Shown piece by piece: positions 12,196 through 24,763 of a DNA stretch of 64,000 nt. The DNA comes from Sphagnum compactum (taxonomy: Eukaryota), in assembly GCA_965153455.1 (NCBI GenBank), contig OZ234493.1, positions 13,506,213 to 13,570,212 of the forward strand, written 5' to 3'. Both the position numbers and the translations under genes were made by a program. Positions within the stretch are counted from its first letter, which is position 1; the number at the start of each line of letters is the position of its first letter. Below the pieces are notes generated by a model, which searched no databases, was not told the DNA's origin, and saw only the letters and a list, made by a program, of their open reading frames with translations.

Positions 12196-13320
12196 TTTTC
12201 ACTCACATGCGTGATTTGTTGTGGAAGCAACTATGATTTATTGATTTTGAACATTGTTTTAGCCAACATAGTTATCGATAGTAGCATTATGTGAAGGTTT
12301 GAAGCCAAAAGAAAATACAAAGATGCATTTTATCATTCCTAATGCAACCAATGCTCTAAATATCTAGGGCTCATAAACAATAATAATTACAATATTTTCA
12401 GAACCGTTGAAATGATGGGAACTACATGCCTAGGAAATATTTGATAAATTTAAATTAATAAATATATTAGTTTTTCAACAAACATGTGTTGAGATGGCAA
12501 GGTATTATGGTATTATACATGAAAACACATTGTGACTGACAAAGGTTTTATTGCTAATCAAATGTATAAAGTTTTGTCAAGAGACATATTTTGATGCCAC
12601 ATCGTTAATGTATATTTCCCAAAAGAAAAAGATTTATACATCTCATAAGAATGATCGAAATAATACATAATGGAAAAAAACCTTTGAAGTTGTAACTAGA
12701 AACTAAATTGCATACATAATCGAGGCAACTACAACAAGCTTGATGAATGAGAAACACACAATTGGTTTGATGCATATGCAATTGTGATATAATATCACTA
12801 GAGTCCAAAGGTTTTAGAGCACATTAACAAACATTGAATTTCATCCCAATTCCACATGTAGTGATGAATGAACTCTTCTATGAACCCATAGAACATAATC
12901 GTCTACAAAGCGTGATACACATGTTTATATTGCACATATGCCCAACGACCATCCAAACAAGTTGCCAACATTGTTACAAAGTAGACATAATAACATTTAG
13001 GAAAATTTTCAATGATGACATTATATCAATTGTCATCAAAAAAAATATTGTAAATTTGTTGATACCCAGGTGGCGAGACATCAACAGCGAGGAAAATAAT
13101 GCATTAAAGAAGTAAGATGCTAGCCTCCCAACTGTTGGTGTGTTGTGTTAATTTGAGGACAAGCGACCGTTTCACCCCTGCCACCATGAGTTGTAAACCA
13201 ACAACTTGAATCAGACAACCTCACAAGGTTGTGACAACTCACAGTAGGCACATGGGAATTGCTTGAACTAGAAGATTAGAAGCTAAATAAACTTTAAACA
13301 TTGTTTATACGTAAGGGCTC

Positions 13321-14640
13321 AAAGGAAAACCCTACCTCTTTTAAAATTGTTACCTCCTTTTTAGTCAAGTTAATACCTTCTTGGATGGGCCATACAATTG
13401 GAATAGCAGGCCTAGCAACTGCAAATTTTTGGGTTGTCCCACCGATGCAACAACTCAAATCATTGAGACAAAATCAGTGTTTATGGTGCTCGAATCATTC
13501 GCTGTGATATTGTACCCACAAACCTAAGTAACATGGAGCATGAATTCCACTAATAGATTTGTAAAAATTGATCTTTGTTTTACATTTGAGAGCCATGGTT
13601 TTCTAGAGTGCAAAACATTAAATTGCATAATTGGGTGGGTAGTGTTAAATATGCCACTAGCCATCAAATTTGGAAGATCCATCATTTTCCTTACCTTGGT
13701 TATTTTGATGGGCTTTGAGCTTGATCATTGCCAATTCCATCCGCTTGCCCTAACATCCTAAATTTTCATCCTAGTCTTTTAAAAATAACTAACTTTTAGG
13801 ATAGTTTACTAATAATAAAAAGTAACATCTTTTGGTTCTTCTTTGGTTAAATCAATTCTAGAACATTAATAACCTTCCTTTCAACCCATGTGCTATTTCA
13901 TTTATTTAGTACACATTATTTACTCCTTCCCATTTACTAGTTACTTGTGTAATACGTAGTAAATTATACTAGTTACTTGAGTAATACATAATCAATTGAA
14001 AATAAGTCTTCCACTATAAAAACTCCTTTTTATTATTTAGATTCACCATCAAAATTAGGGCTTAATGAATACATTGGAACTAGGGCGTTGAAGTTTTCAT
14101 ATAGTTCCATCATCAGAACTCACATTGCCGCATACTATGCCTACCCTAATTTCCAAGATAAAACATAAAACCTCCTTCGAATGCAAGTACCAAGTTTGTT
14201 GTTCTAGCTACTCTTTTGCAAATGGAAATCCAATCATGGTGAATGATGCCATCATGTCTTCAAATCCTCCAGTCACACCAGGACAAGATGAATAACTTGA
14301 AGAAACTTGACGTGAATGTTTCTCAATAGTCATGTAAAAAAATTAATTAGAAAGGTGGTGCGCACTCAAGTGGATCAATCTGTATGGGATCATCAAGTGT
14401 CGCCTAACCCTGGTGTTCTTGCCATCTACTTAAAATTAGTTTCTACTTTCAAAAATAGGGCTAGAAGGTTTGATGAATGTCAATGTGAAAATGACAACAT
14501 TTGTCTTTTCTCACTAACCTGGGTCTCTAACAATGGACATTACCATTGGCTAAAGGGGTTGATTAATTTGATGCTGATCAAACACAAGGTAGAATATTTT
14601 ATTTGCACCATTCATCAACTTATCGAATTTTTAAAATTAT
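13321..14640 (-). pseudogene. Decayed coding-like sequence of unknown family, probably transposon-derived
   Basis: Protein-like minus-strand runs broken by stops, e.g. FCLNDLSCCIGGTTQKFAVARPAIPIVWPIQEGINLTKKEVTILKEVGF. No recognisable catalytic motif. Confidence 0.35.
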
Positions 14641-15464
14641 GAACATCTACTATACTATGGTTTAATAGGTGTGTTGTTTTTGTAGTCTTATCCTTCATAA
14701 GATTTTTTAATAACATATGGAATTTTCTTACATGTTTATTAGTTGAATATTATGTTCATTTGTGGAACATTTGCAATATTTCCAACCTTTTCTAAATCAA
14801 ATAATTTTTTGTGTTCAACTAGCCAAGTTAGCTTTTCATATGTTTCCTTTGTAAGTGATCACAATCTAGAACTACACTTATAATTTATGTAATATTAAAA
14901 ATGATTCTAATGAATAACATTTGGATATTAATCTACATATCATTATGTTAATATGTCTATTCAACATCTAATATTTGAATAATTAACCCCAATTTATTTA
15001 GTAAGTTTGAAATGGCTCGAGAAATTTAATTCAATTATAACTTCCTAAATGTTATTATTACATATTTTAAAAGTTATTTACTAAATAAATAACCAAATAT
15101 GAGGTCCAAAGGAAGGATATTGTTGAACTAAGGCTCACATTGGGATCTAATCTTCTAGCAAACAATGGTGGTTAGTTCAGTTACTATGTTTTCTACCTAC
15201 CTATTAACAACCCATAGTAGGTTGTTAGTAGAAAGTAATAAAATAGTATTCGACAATGTTTGAACCATATGCTTATCTAGAAATTACCATTTTCCATTCC
15301 TACCTCTTTACATTTACCATAATCAATTACCAAGTTGAAACCAAATATTATCTTCATAAAAGTTAATCTAGAAATGAATAATAATGGGCATGCAAATGAT
15401 AGTGTGCTAGGCATAAGGGCATGGAAGTAGGGCAAAATGGATATTTAACTTACGTATAAATGAA

Positions 15465-15622
15465 GGATTCTTTCCTATCGCTAGTGTCGACCATAAAAAA
15501 ATGGATATAAAATAAGTGGCCCGATGGCCTTTAAAAATAATTTAATTTAAAAATATATATATATGTGGTCAGGTTCAAAAGTTTCGAGCACCATATGGTT
15601 GATGTTGACCATAGGAAGAACC
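15465..15622. mobile_element. MITE-like element with ~30-bp imperfect TIRs
   Basis: Left end GGATTCTTTCCTATCGCTAGTGTCGACCATA versus right end TATGGTTGATGTTGACCATAGGAAGAACC. A third related arm lies near 15655-15680. Confidence 0.5.
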
Positions 15623-17003
15623 TTGTCGTCGGCACATGGTTTAGGAGAAAGTCTATGGTTAACACCGACCATAAAAGAAAGCAAGGATTATTCTAAATTT
15701 AAAAGGGCTCTTTTCATAGTTGGGGATAAAATTTAATCGAGTTCTTTTTCTAGAGCCCATAATTTCAAAAATGGGAAAATGAGACCACAAACCATATGCA
15801 TATTGATAGTGCTTTTGGTGAATTTGCAATCAATAAATCTAAAGAGTGTAATCACATGTGGGTGTAAGCAAGATAAAGTGAACAACTGGATTACATTGTC
15901 AAAACTAGAACAAGTAGATTTAAAATAACAACAAAACCATTATAGAATTGTGAAACATTGGATGTATTCATTTCAATGACTAAATATGATATATGTTTAC
16001 TTTAATGTGCATTGATTTTCATATTTCAAATTGTAAAAATAGGTTTTAAGTAGGTTTTTCAAAATATGAGTAGCTTTTGATGTCTACTTTTCATTATGGG
16101 CTTTTGGTTTCAAGTGTCAAGTAGATTTTTACAAAAAGGAAATAGATTTTTTTTAATGACTTGATAAAACATATGTTGATTTTCATTTTTTAACTTATTA
16201 CATATCAATTTCATTAATTTTTCTAACCAAAATGTAGGTTTGAACACATATTTTTCAGTTGGTTTCAAATGTACTTTTAATCTACTGTTTTAATTCATTT
16301 CTTTTCATTTTCTTAGAACTAGATTCTTATAAACTTAATAGAGCCAACTAATGCCACTTGACACATACTTTCACCTAATTTGATGCTACTTTATGGTAGT
16401 TATATGAAAGGTGTAAAGTTAAAGTGGAGATGTCTATTTTTTTTGGTATACTTTATCTTGCTTTGACCCATGTGTGGAATGTTATGAAAATGAATTCGAT
16501 TCACATAAGAACTTGAAAAAAAACATGTAAAAATTATGTATTGCAAAGGAGTCATTATGAAATAGGTTATAAGATTTGGAATCTAGAAACGAGTTCACTT
16601 CCTAGCAAAAGCAACTTCAAATGAAGCTCTAAAACCAAAGTCATACAAAAAACAAATAAAAAATCTAGCATGATCATTTTGCTGCCTCCTCGTTTATAGA
16701 ATCCAAAACCCGATTGTCAAATATTACACGACCACTTGAAGAGGGTGGAGATGGTAGCAAAACCATAAACCTAACCATGTTCTCCACATAACTAAGTAGT
16801 GACAACCTTTGAAGGGGGGCTAGGGAAAAAATCATTACACAAATAAAAGGGAACTATGGCTAACCCCATTCAATGGATATCTCTGCAAATGGTGTTTGCA
16901 AAAGAAAACATTAGCAACAACGTGAAGTTTCACAAATGCAACAAATAAAAAAAACATCTTGAAAATTGACTTATTCATACTCAAGGGCAACTCCGGCTTT
17001 CTT

Positions 17004-19440
17004 CTAAGGCGGGGAATTAGCCACGATGGGAGAAGGCACCATAGTGTTGGCATCAAGTGACCCCATTTTTATAAGCGATTGTAGAATCTCCCTATATACA
17101 TCATCATCCGGCTCTAGCACAAAAACATGCGAATTTAAGTTTTGATAGGTGCAGATGTAATTACTTGAAATACAACAACAAAAACAACATTCGAGACATG
17201 ATAAATTGTTCTAACTAACAAAAAAAATAGATAAAAGGGCATTGACTTGTGGACAAATTCATCCCCACAACCAATGAGTCAGGAGGAGTGCAACTTTTAA
17301 TTAAAGCAATATACATCGAAACATGGATATCTTGTCCTCCTTTAAATGGAACCCCCGATTTTGACTGCTCCATATTATCAAGGCTAGCGTGGTTGTAAAG
17401 GTGTCATCCTCCATTAGTGAAACACCATGCCTCACCATGTTTGCATGAGGATCTTAAAACTTGAAACCCCTGGTAATTCGAACAATAAAAGTTGCCCAAT
17501 TGAGATGAGTCTACATTGCAAAAATTGAAGGTTAGATTGTATAATGGATTTAGAAAAATAGATTGATCCAAACATGAATGGGGACATAACATTACCTTCC
17601 TCCCCTTGATGTCAAGGCTCATGCGAAGCAGTGTATTTATGACCGCCCACCTCGAATGGATTTCATATTCATTGTTTTTTTAGAACAATTTAATCTCCTT
17701 GAGAATAAAAGGGTCATCTCATGGAAGAAAACCACAACACCACAGGAATATAAATACTTGTTGGTAAACCCAAAAATAGAATAGATGTAATTCTCCACCT
17801 TTTTGTTCCATAGTGCGATGGAGGATGAGGGTTCGAAGATAAGGGGGACTGGAAGACTCCAAGAAACCTCCATAATTACTAGAGCTGGTATCCTAGATGG
17901 AGCATCCTGCAACATTGAGATCAAGAGATAAGAATCCAGAACCAAAATTTGAGAGTATTGCAATAAATATGGTTAAGGTTTGAAAAAAAACCTGAGATAG
18001 CAGAGCTTGTAGCTCTTTGTACTATGGAGGCCAAAAGCCAAACAAATCCTTTTCCCTAATGAAATTTGGGCCATGAAAGATGGAATGTAGATAAAATGCA
18101 CCCTAGAAGAATCGAACCTACGAACACCAAAGGTGCTCTCTAAGTAGGTGGGACTATATCCAAGGAGTGGTGACATTCCTCAGTTTCCTCATGGGGTGAT
18201 GGGCGCTTGGGGATGGTTCGACCACAATTTGTGATGAAAATGTTGGTGGAGGAGGAGGATCTCTCCTTTTGCCTTTGGCAACAAGTTCCTCTTCCTCTTT
18301 TCGCTCTTTCCGTTCTTTTCAGTCCAACCTTTCATACTCAAATTGGTGGACTGTGTCTTTTCCAAACCTTCATCAAACTTTTCTCTCAGACTCAAGTGTG
18401 CAATCATGGGGGTAATCCAAGTACCATTCGCAATCTGGAAGGTGTTGGAGGGACCAATCTTCCAAGAGATCCCTCTAGAACATGGTGCTCTTGACCTTGG
18501 GATCACACCATATCTTCAATAGTGTCGAAAGAGCCCGGATCGCCTGCTGGGATAATAAAACATGTGAAAAGTACCTACAAGGGGAAACCAAATTGTTTCA
18601 ATGAATTTTGAGACCAAAATTGGAAGGAAATTTTTTGGAACAAGGATAGTCAATTACTTGTAAACAACTTGCTCTACAACCTAAACACCTCCATATTGTT
18701 TGTCCTAGGTTTTGCTTTTTAGTACACCACCCTTGTGCTTGAATTCCAGAAAAAAAGCAGATTCCCACAATTATAGCTTCCAATGTCTGATGAAGTCTAC
18801 AATGCCTTCGACCTTTATAGACTCCAAAATTGAGGCACCAAGGTCCTTCACTATGTTGTTAAACAACTTGCCAACCTCGACCTTGAGTTGTCATATATCA
18901 AAGAACAATTTGATACTTAGCATGGAAGGTGAGACAACAAATTAAAAGAGATGCAATGGACAACATCCATGAAATGAAATCTTACCTGAAACCAAAAAGT
19001 AGCCTTGTGGAGCCATTTCTCAAAAATTACATCAGAAAGGCCAAGCTTAGGGAACTTCTACACCTCCCAAAGAACTGGAGACTGGTTCCACTGCTTGAGC
19101 CAATAAACCTTTTGTTCATTGGTCACTTGGGCCGAGACCAACATCTGCAATTTTGTGGTTAGCATCTTTGGATCCGGGTTCATGTTGTAATGAACTTGAA
19201 CCTACTCAGAGAATTTGGGGCCCAAAGCAGGATCACAGACCGATAGTCTCTTATGGAAAGGAGTCATGTGCTCCTTTCTCACACTCCCGATCACCTTATT
19301 GCACATGGTATCCAGAACATCATTCTCTTGGAAGAGAGGGTCCGGTACCTTTGCATAATACATCCATCGAGCGGTATCTTACCAGACGACTAAGATGGTC
19401 TAGATCATTTTCAACTCTTACACTAAGCAAGTTGAAAAGT
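17004..19440 (-). pseudogene. Decayed multi-exon gene with a C-terminal N4/N6 DNA methyltransferase-like (SAM-binding) segment; likely TE-associated
   Basis: Spliced reconstruction gives ...PALVIMEVSWSLP...FGFTNKYLYSCGVVVFFH...RWAVIN...PFKGGQDIHVSMYIALIKSCTPPDSLVVGMNLST[S/G]NYICTYQNLNSHVFVLEPDDDVYREILQSL. Introns 17511-17595 (GT..AG) and 17165-17246 (GT..CAA, decayed acceptor). Multiple stops and frameshifts. Confidence 0.5.
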
Positions 19441-20187
19441 TTCATCAATACAATCAGCTTAGATGGGCAAATGCAATCTCTTAAGGTACAAATATTGCAT
19501 TCTTAAAGGTCATCTCATCAGACTGCAGGAGAGGGAATATGATGAATGCAAACTTCGATGTAGTCCAAGGAAGCAAATAAGATATGAAGACCAGTATGTT
19601 GTCTTCACTTGCTATCTCAGTAGTTGCCATTAGGTCCTCTGTTTGAGAAAATTGGCAGTGTTGTGGGATTGGAGAAGTCAAGCACCTATACTTGCACATG
19701 CTTGTTATTGGAATTCAGCATTTATTTGGAGCAAAAGCAGTATTGTGCAATACAAACCTCATATCTCTTATCATGCGTCATGTGAAAATTGACCCATGAT
19801 AAAAAGGAAGTGCTCTTGAGTCAATATGTTTCTTATGGGTTATTGCTGTTTAGGCAAGCCAAAGATGGATTGTAGAGAAACAATGGCAGGAGTTCTTCTC
19901 AGATCCTTTACAGTTGTGGGATCACAGGTCAGAGAAGGTAAGCAAAAACCACTGCTGCTCATTGCTGCCACATTTCTCTTTTGATGCAATAAATTTGTGG
20001 ATTTCTCTTGGTTTATGAGTTTTGATTTCCCAGTTTGCACCTTCCAATGTACAGCCTATCAAGAGAATTTGAATAACTTGTTGTAGTTGAATGCAAGGTG
20101 TCCTGATTTCAAACATAAGAAGAGACAAGATGCACTTTGGCTTGGCAGCAATTGAATCTGTTGTGGGTAGAAGCAGAGCTGGCTCTG

Positions 20188-21786
20188 ATGGCACCAGGGA
20201 TTGTGCAATCAGACACATTTGCTTGGAATTGGAGGTTAGCAAGGGCTGTCAAAGTTGGGCAACATGAGAAGACAATTGAGCTTTTTCAAGAAATGCAACA
20301 AGAAGGCATGATTCCTGACACATTCACTTTTGTTTGTGTGCTCACTTCATATGCTTGTATAAAAGCACTTGAAGCTGCCAGAAACATCCATACAAAAGTT
20401 TTACAAAGTGGCTGCAAGTCAACTGTCTGTGGGCAATAGCGTCATTGACATGTACACAAAATGTGGAAGCATCGAGGATGCACAGATAGTGTTCAACAGG
20501 ATGTCTGCACACAATGTTGTCTCTTGGAGTGCCATGATTTTGGGACATGTGAAATGTGGACAAGGGCAGAAGGCATTGGAACTATTTCAGCAAATTCAAT
20601 GGGAAGGGGTGGAGCCAAACCATGTTACTTTATTGGGGTTCTAAATGCATGTGCCAGTATCATGGCACTAGAAGAGGGCAGGCGTGTTCATGAACAGATT
20701 GTTCAATGTGGTTTTGAGTCTGATGTCATTGTGGGCAGTAGCCTTATTGACATGTATGCCAAATGTGGTAGTATAGACCATGCTCAGAGTCCATTCAACA
20801 GGATGCCAACATGCAATGTTGTCTCTTGAAATGTCATTATCCTGGGGCATGTGAAATAAGGGCAAGGGCAGAAGGCATTGGAACTTTTTCAGCATATGCG
20901 GCAGGCAGTAGTAGAGCCAAACAATCTCACTTTTGTGGGGGTTCTGAATGCATGTGCCAGTTCAGTGGCACTTGAAGAGGGTAGGCATGGTCATGATCAG
21001 ATCATTCAAAGTGGTTTTGAGTCTGATGTCATTGTGTGCAATAGCCTGGTTAACATGTATGGTAAATGTTGGTGCATAGAGGATGCATTGAGAGTTTTTT
21101 ACAGGATGCCCATATGTGATGTGATCTCTTGGAACACCATGCTTTGGGGCTATGCAATGCATGAGTATACTGAAGAAGCCCATGGACAAATTGAGCAGAT
21201 GTGTGAAAAAGGTGTAGAGATTAGTCACATCAATTTTGTTTCTCTTCTATCAGCTTGTAGCCATGCAGGGCCCATAGATGAAGGCCTGCACTATTTTCAT
21301 ATAATGAGTTCATGTTTTAGTATTTTTGCAACAGTGGAACAGTATGCCTGCATGGTTGATCTTCTAGGCTGTGCTGAAAATCTACAGGAGGCAGAGCATT
21401 TGATCATGACAATGTCCTGTGAGCCAAATACAGCTGTGTGGATGGCCTTGCTTGGTGCTTGCAAAAGCCATGGTAATGTGGAGATGGGTGAATGTGTTGC
21501 AAAACAAGCTATGCAAATTGGACCTGGAAATGCCTTCTACAGGAGACAACGATTGTCTGATCCTAAAATGCCCTGTGAACCAAATGCAGATGTGTGGATG
21601 GTCTTGCTTGGTGCATGCAGAAGCCATCATAATGTGGAGATGGGTGAACATGTTGCAAAACAAGCTCTGGTGGGTGGTGGGTTCCTTTCATTGTCCAAGG
21701 GCAGAATGTGTGAGCATTATGAATTTGATGATGTTTGCAAAGTTGCCTCTGAACTTACTGGCTGTCTTCTCCCAACTGTAAGATGA
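20188..21786 (+). pseudogene. PLS-class PPR (E-subclass) pseudogene with duplicated E-motif segment and no DYW domain
   Basis: Motifs DMYTKCGSIEDA, VVSWSAMILG, LNACASIMALEEGRRVHEQI, LLSACSHAG and YACMVDLLG. Frameshifts near 20427 and 20630; in-frame TGA 20827-20829 and TAA 20857-20859. Confidence 0.88.
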
Positions 21787-23484
21787 TTTGTCCACATTTG
21801 TTTGGCTTTAGATTGGCTGTATTGTGTCATGTCTGTTCTACTGCCAGGTTTCTGCCTCGCTGTTTACTCCTGGAGTTACTTTTATGCATTAGAGTCAACT
21901 TCTAGCATATTTCAGCATTGCAGGTAATGTTGCATTTGATGACAGTTGGAAGGAGCTACCACCACTAGGGACACTTGGAGGGCCAAGGCTTGTCTCTTCA
22001 CTCTCTGTACCTCTCTGATGGTAAGTTTGAATGCTAGGTTTTACACACATCTCAATAAATGTATATCTGACACATGTTTTTCTTGTGGACTGGAAGCTAT
22101 GTATTGTTTTCACATTTTTGGATATTCTTGGTTGCAGACCGCTGCAGACTGTTACAAGACACTAACCTCAAGTATCTATTGGTTCAGTATCTTTGGTTCC
22201 AGTTGGTGCTTTATCTCAGTGATCACTGGACAATGAAAAGTTTGGCTATTTACCGACAGTTGCTCAAGTCAATCTAGCATGAGCTCACAAGTTTGTTTTC
22301 TACAATGAGTGGTGTTTCCTGAACATAAACTTTAGCCTGTTTCTTCTGTAAAGGTTGACTCTGCTCTTGTCTGAGAAATCTGATAATTGTGTCAAGGTTT
22401 CTGTTGCTGGAAGCAGGAACCCATCTTGAGAGGAGATCTGTGTAACCTTGTATTGCAGTGTTATTGCTGAATTCAGTGATTCTGGATTTCACTTTGCAGG
22501 ATATGAGCAGAGGAGAAGTGATGGAAGGAAATTGATTCCTTGGCCTACTACAAAGAATGAATCAAGGCATGGCCATATGACACCTCCAAGGAAGCTGTAC
22601 AGTGACATTATGAATTGGCAGGAAAGGACGAATCAGCACAACTGCTTAATATCATGTGCTATCAAACACCCAATGAGTATAGGCATATGATGGGCATTGA
22701 CATCCACATTTGCCAAAATCCCAACACTATGTATATACTGAAGAAGAAATCAAACAAGGTCATTTTTCTGCTCCAATTGGTTCCTTGTTGCTTCAGCTGG
22801 CAAGTCAGATGTAACAGTTTTTCATTATCTAAGTTAACAATCCACATGCTCCATTTCATGAGTACTTGTGATCAGAGAATCAAACCAGTGGTGGTGCAGT
22901 TGTTTGAGGACTCAATCAGAAGCTGATGTAGTTGTTCCAATCTTCACGTTATAGGCTATTTTGTTTGGAAAAGAAAGGCATTAATTTCTAGACTATGCAA
23001 CAGAGGGATATATTCAATTCAAATATCCTGGTAAGTTTGGGAGTTTCAGATATTTGCCCAGAGAGGTGTTTTTCCTCATTCATAGCTTTGATTCAATCTC
23101 AAATTGAAGCCTTCTACTTCCATGCTTTGTAACGCAACAACCTTTAAACCAATTATCCTAGTCCATGTCACTAGTTTAATTCTTCTTTCTGAAAGATGCT
23201 AATATATCCAACTTGCATGGGTTGCAGGCTTCTTGGATGGTGGTCAATAGATGAGACTAGCAAGGAAGAGTATGCACATATCTTTCAGGCAGGTACCAAA
23301 CCATGCTTGTCCCTCTTTACTCACTGCATTGATCTGCAGCTGGCATTGTACACTAATTGTTCTTATTCTCCAGTAATCAATGATAGATCTTATGTTTTGC
23401 AAATCACAGGCATCCGACAGCAATAATCTAGGGGCTGTAGTTATCCTTCATTGTCTTCCTGATCTCAGAAGCTAGATATGTTAC

Positions 23485-23570
23485 AGAGCAAATTATTCAA
23501 AGTGGTCGCAAGTCTGATGTCTTTGTGTGGACTAGCTTGGTTGACATGTAGGTGAAATGTGGGAGCACAG
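23485..23570 (+). pseudogene. Isolated PPR motif fragment
   Basis: Translates EQIIQSGRKSDVFVWTSLVDM*VKCGS, matching the neighbouring PPR repeats. Confidence 0.65.
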
Positions 23571-24320
23571 CCAATTGATATCAATTTTTCTTTGTCTTCT
23601 TCTGTCAGCTCACAACAGTCTAGGTTTGGTGGTGAAGGCAGCGTTAACAACAATCAGACTCCATGAATTTTGCAAAATTGGAACATTACACCTGCATGGT
23701 GGACATTCTTGGCCGTGCTGGTCATCCATAGGAGGCAGAGAAGGGAGCAAGCAGTGTTTATGCATGTGGCTGAGGAGGGACTATTGAAATTTGATGAACC
23801 AAAACCAGCAGCTGCACATGATCCAAATCTCTCCAGAATGGGATGAGTTCAGGTCCTGAAGCTTTAAATCAAACAATAGGAACATTGGTAGATTGTCACC
23901 GAAACTTCTGCCCCATCAACATGCAATCAGAACCTGTTTCATCTAGTGCCTTTATGCCTTTATGCAATCTTTTACTGGATAGACCTTTTTTCCACTTACC
24001 ATCTTTCTTCACCATAAATTACCGAGCAGTCAGTCTGGTTGGTACTCATGTCCTTATGACCTAGCTTTTATGGCACCGACTCTCCACATTGTTTGATAGT
24101 TAGTCATAGTTTTTTTTTGGCAATGCAGAGTTTGCTGATTCCTTTGATAAAATAGTTGCACAATTTTCTTGATCAGTTGGAACACACATGAGGGGGATAA
24201 TATTATTATCACTAAAATCAAATTGACATTTATAATTCTGAAGGTCAGATCTTTGGGTTATTTGTTGGGGGGCCGGGAGGTGAAGGATATACTACAACAA
24301 AAGGTGTCCCTGTACATCAA

Positions 24321-24419
24321 GTGATTTCACTAGATTTTGAGTGAATTCACTGGTTGTAGTGAATGGGGACCAGTGAAGGAGCAGTGAATTCACTAGTCTA
24401 CTGAATGGGGACTAGTGAA
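24321..24419. repeat. Short direct repeat built from palindromic AGTGAATTCACT units
   Basis: AGTGAATTCACT(G/A)GT..TA(G/C)TGAATGGGGAC(C/T)AGTGAA occurs twice (24340-24377, 24383-24419). Confidence 0.65.
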
Positions 24420-24763
24420 CTGCACCCACATTTTGTAGATCAGTGGATATGCAGAGGTGAGTGTATCACCATGTCAAACATTTCCAACAAGTCTTGGCAC
24501 AACTGAGTATGTCCTAGTATTCACACAGTTTCTCAGGAAATATAGAGTGCTCAAGTTGTTTGTTGCTGAATTTAGTCAGCTCAGAAGCAATAGAAATACA
24601 ATAGCATATTTTAGTTTCATTAGAATGTAGACATGTCTTGCTTTGTCCAAGCTGCCACAACCCCATTTGAACACACATACATTCTCACATACCTTGAACC
24701 CGCTCTGACCTGTGCTATGTATATAAATCCAATCAATGTGAAGGAGGAGGATCACTGATGTCA

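Noticed and set aside
20827-20859. In-frame stops in the PPR rescued by RNA editing or readthrough
   Set aside because: The gene is nuclear, and the accompanying frameshifts indicate ordinary pseudogenisation.
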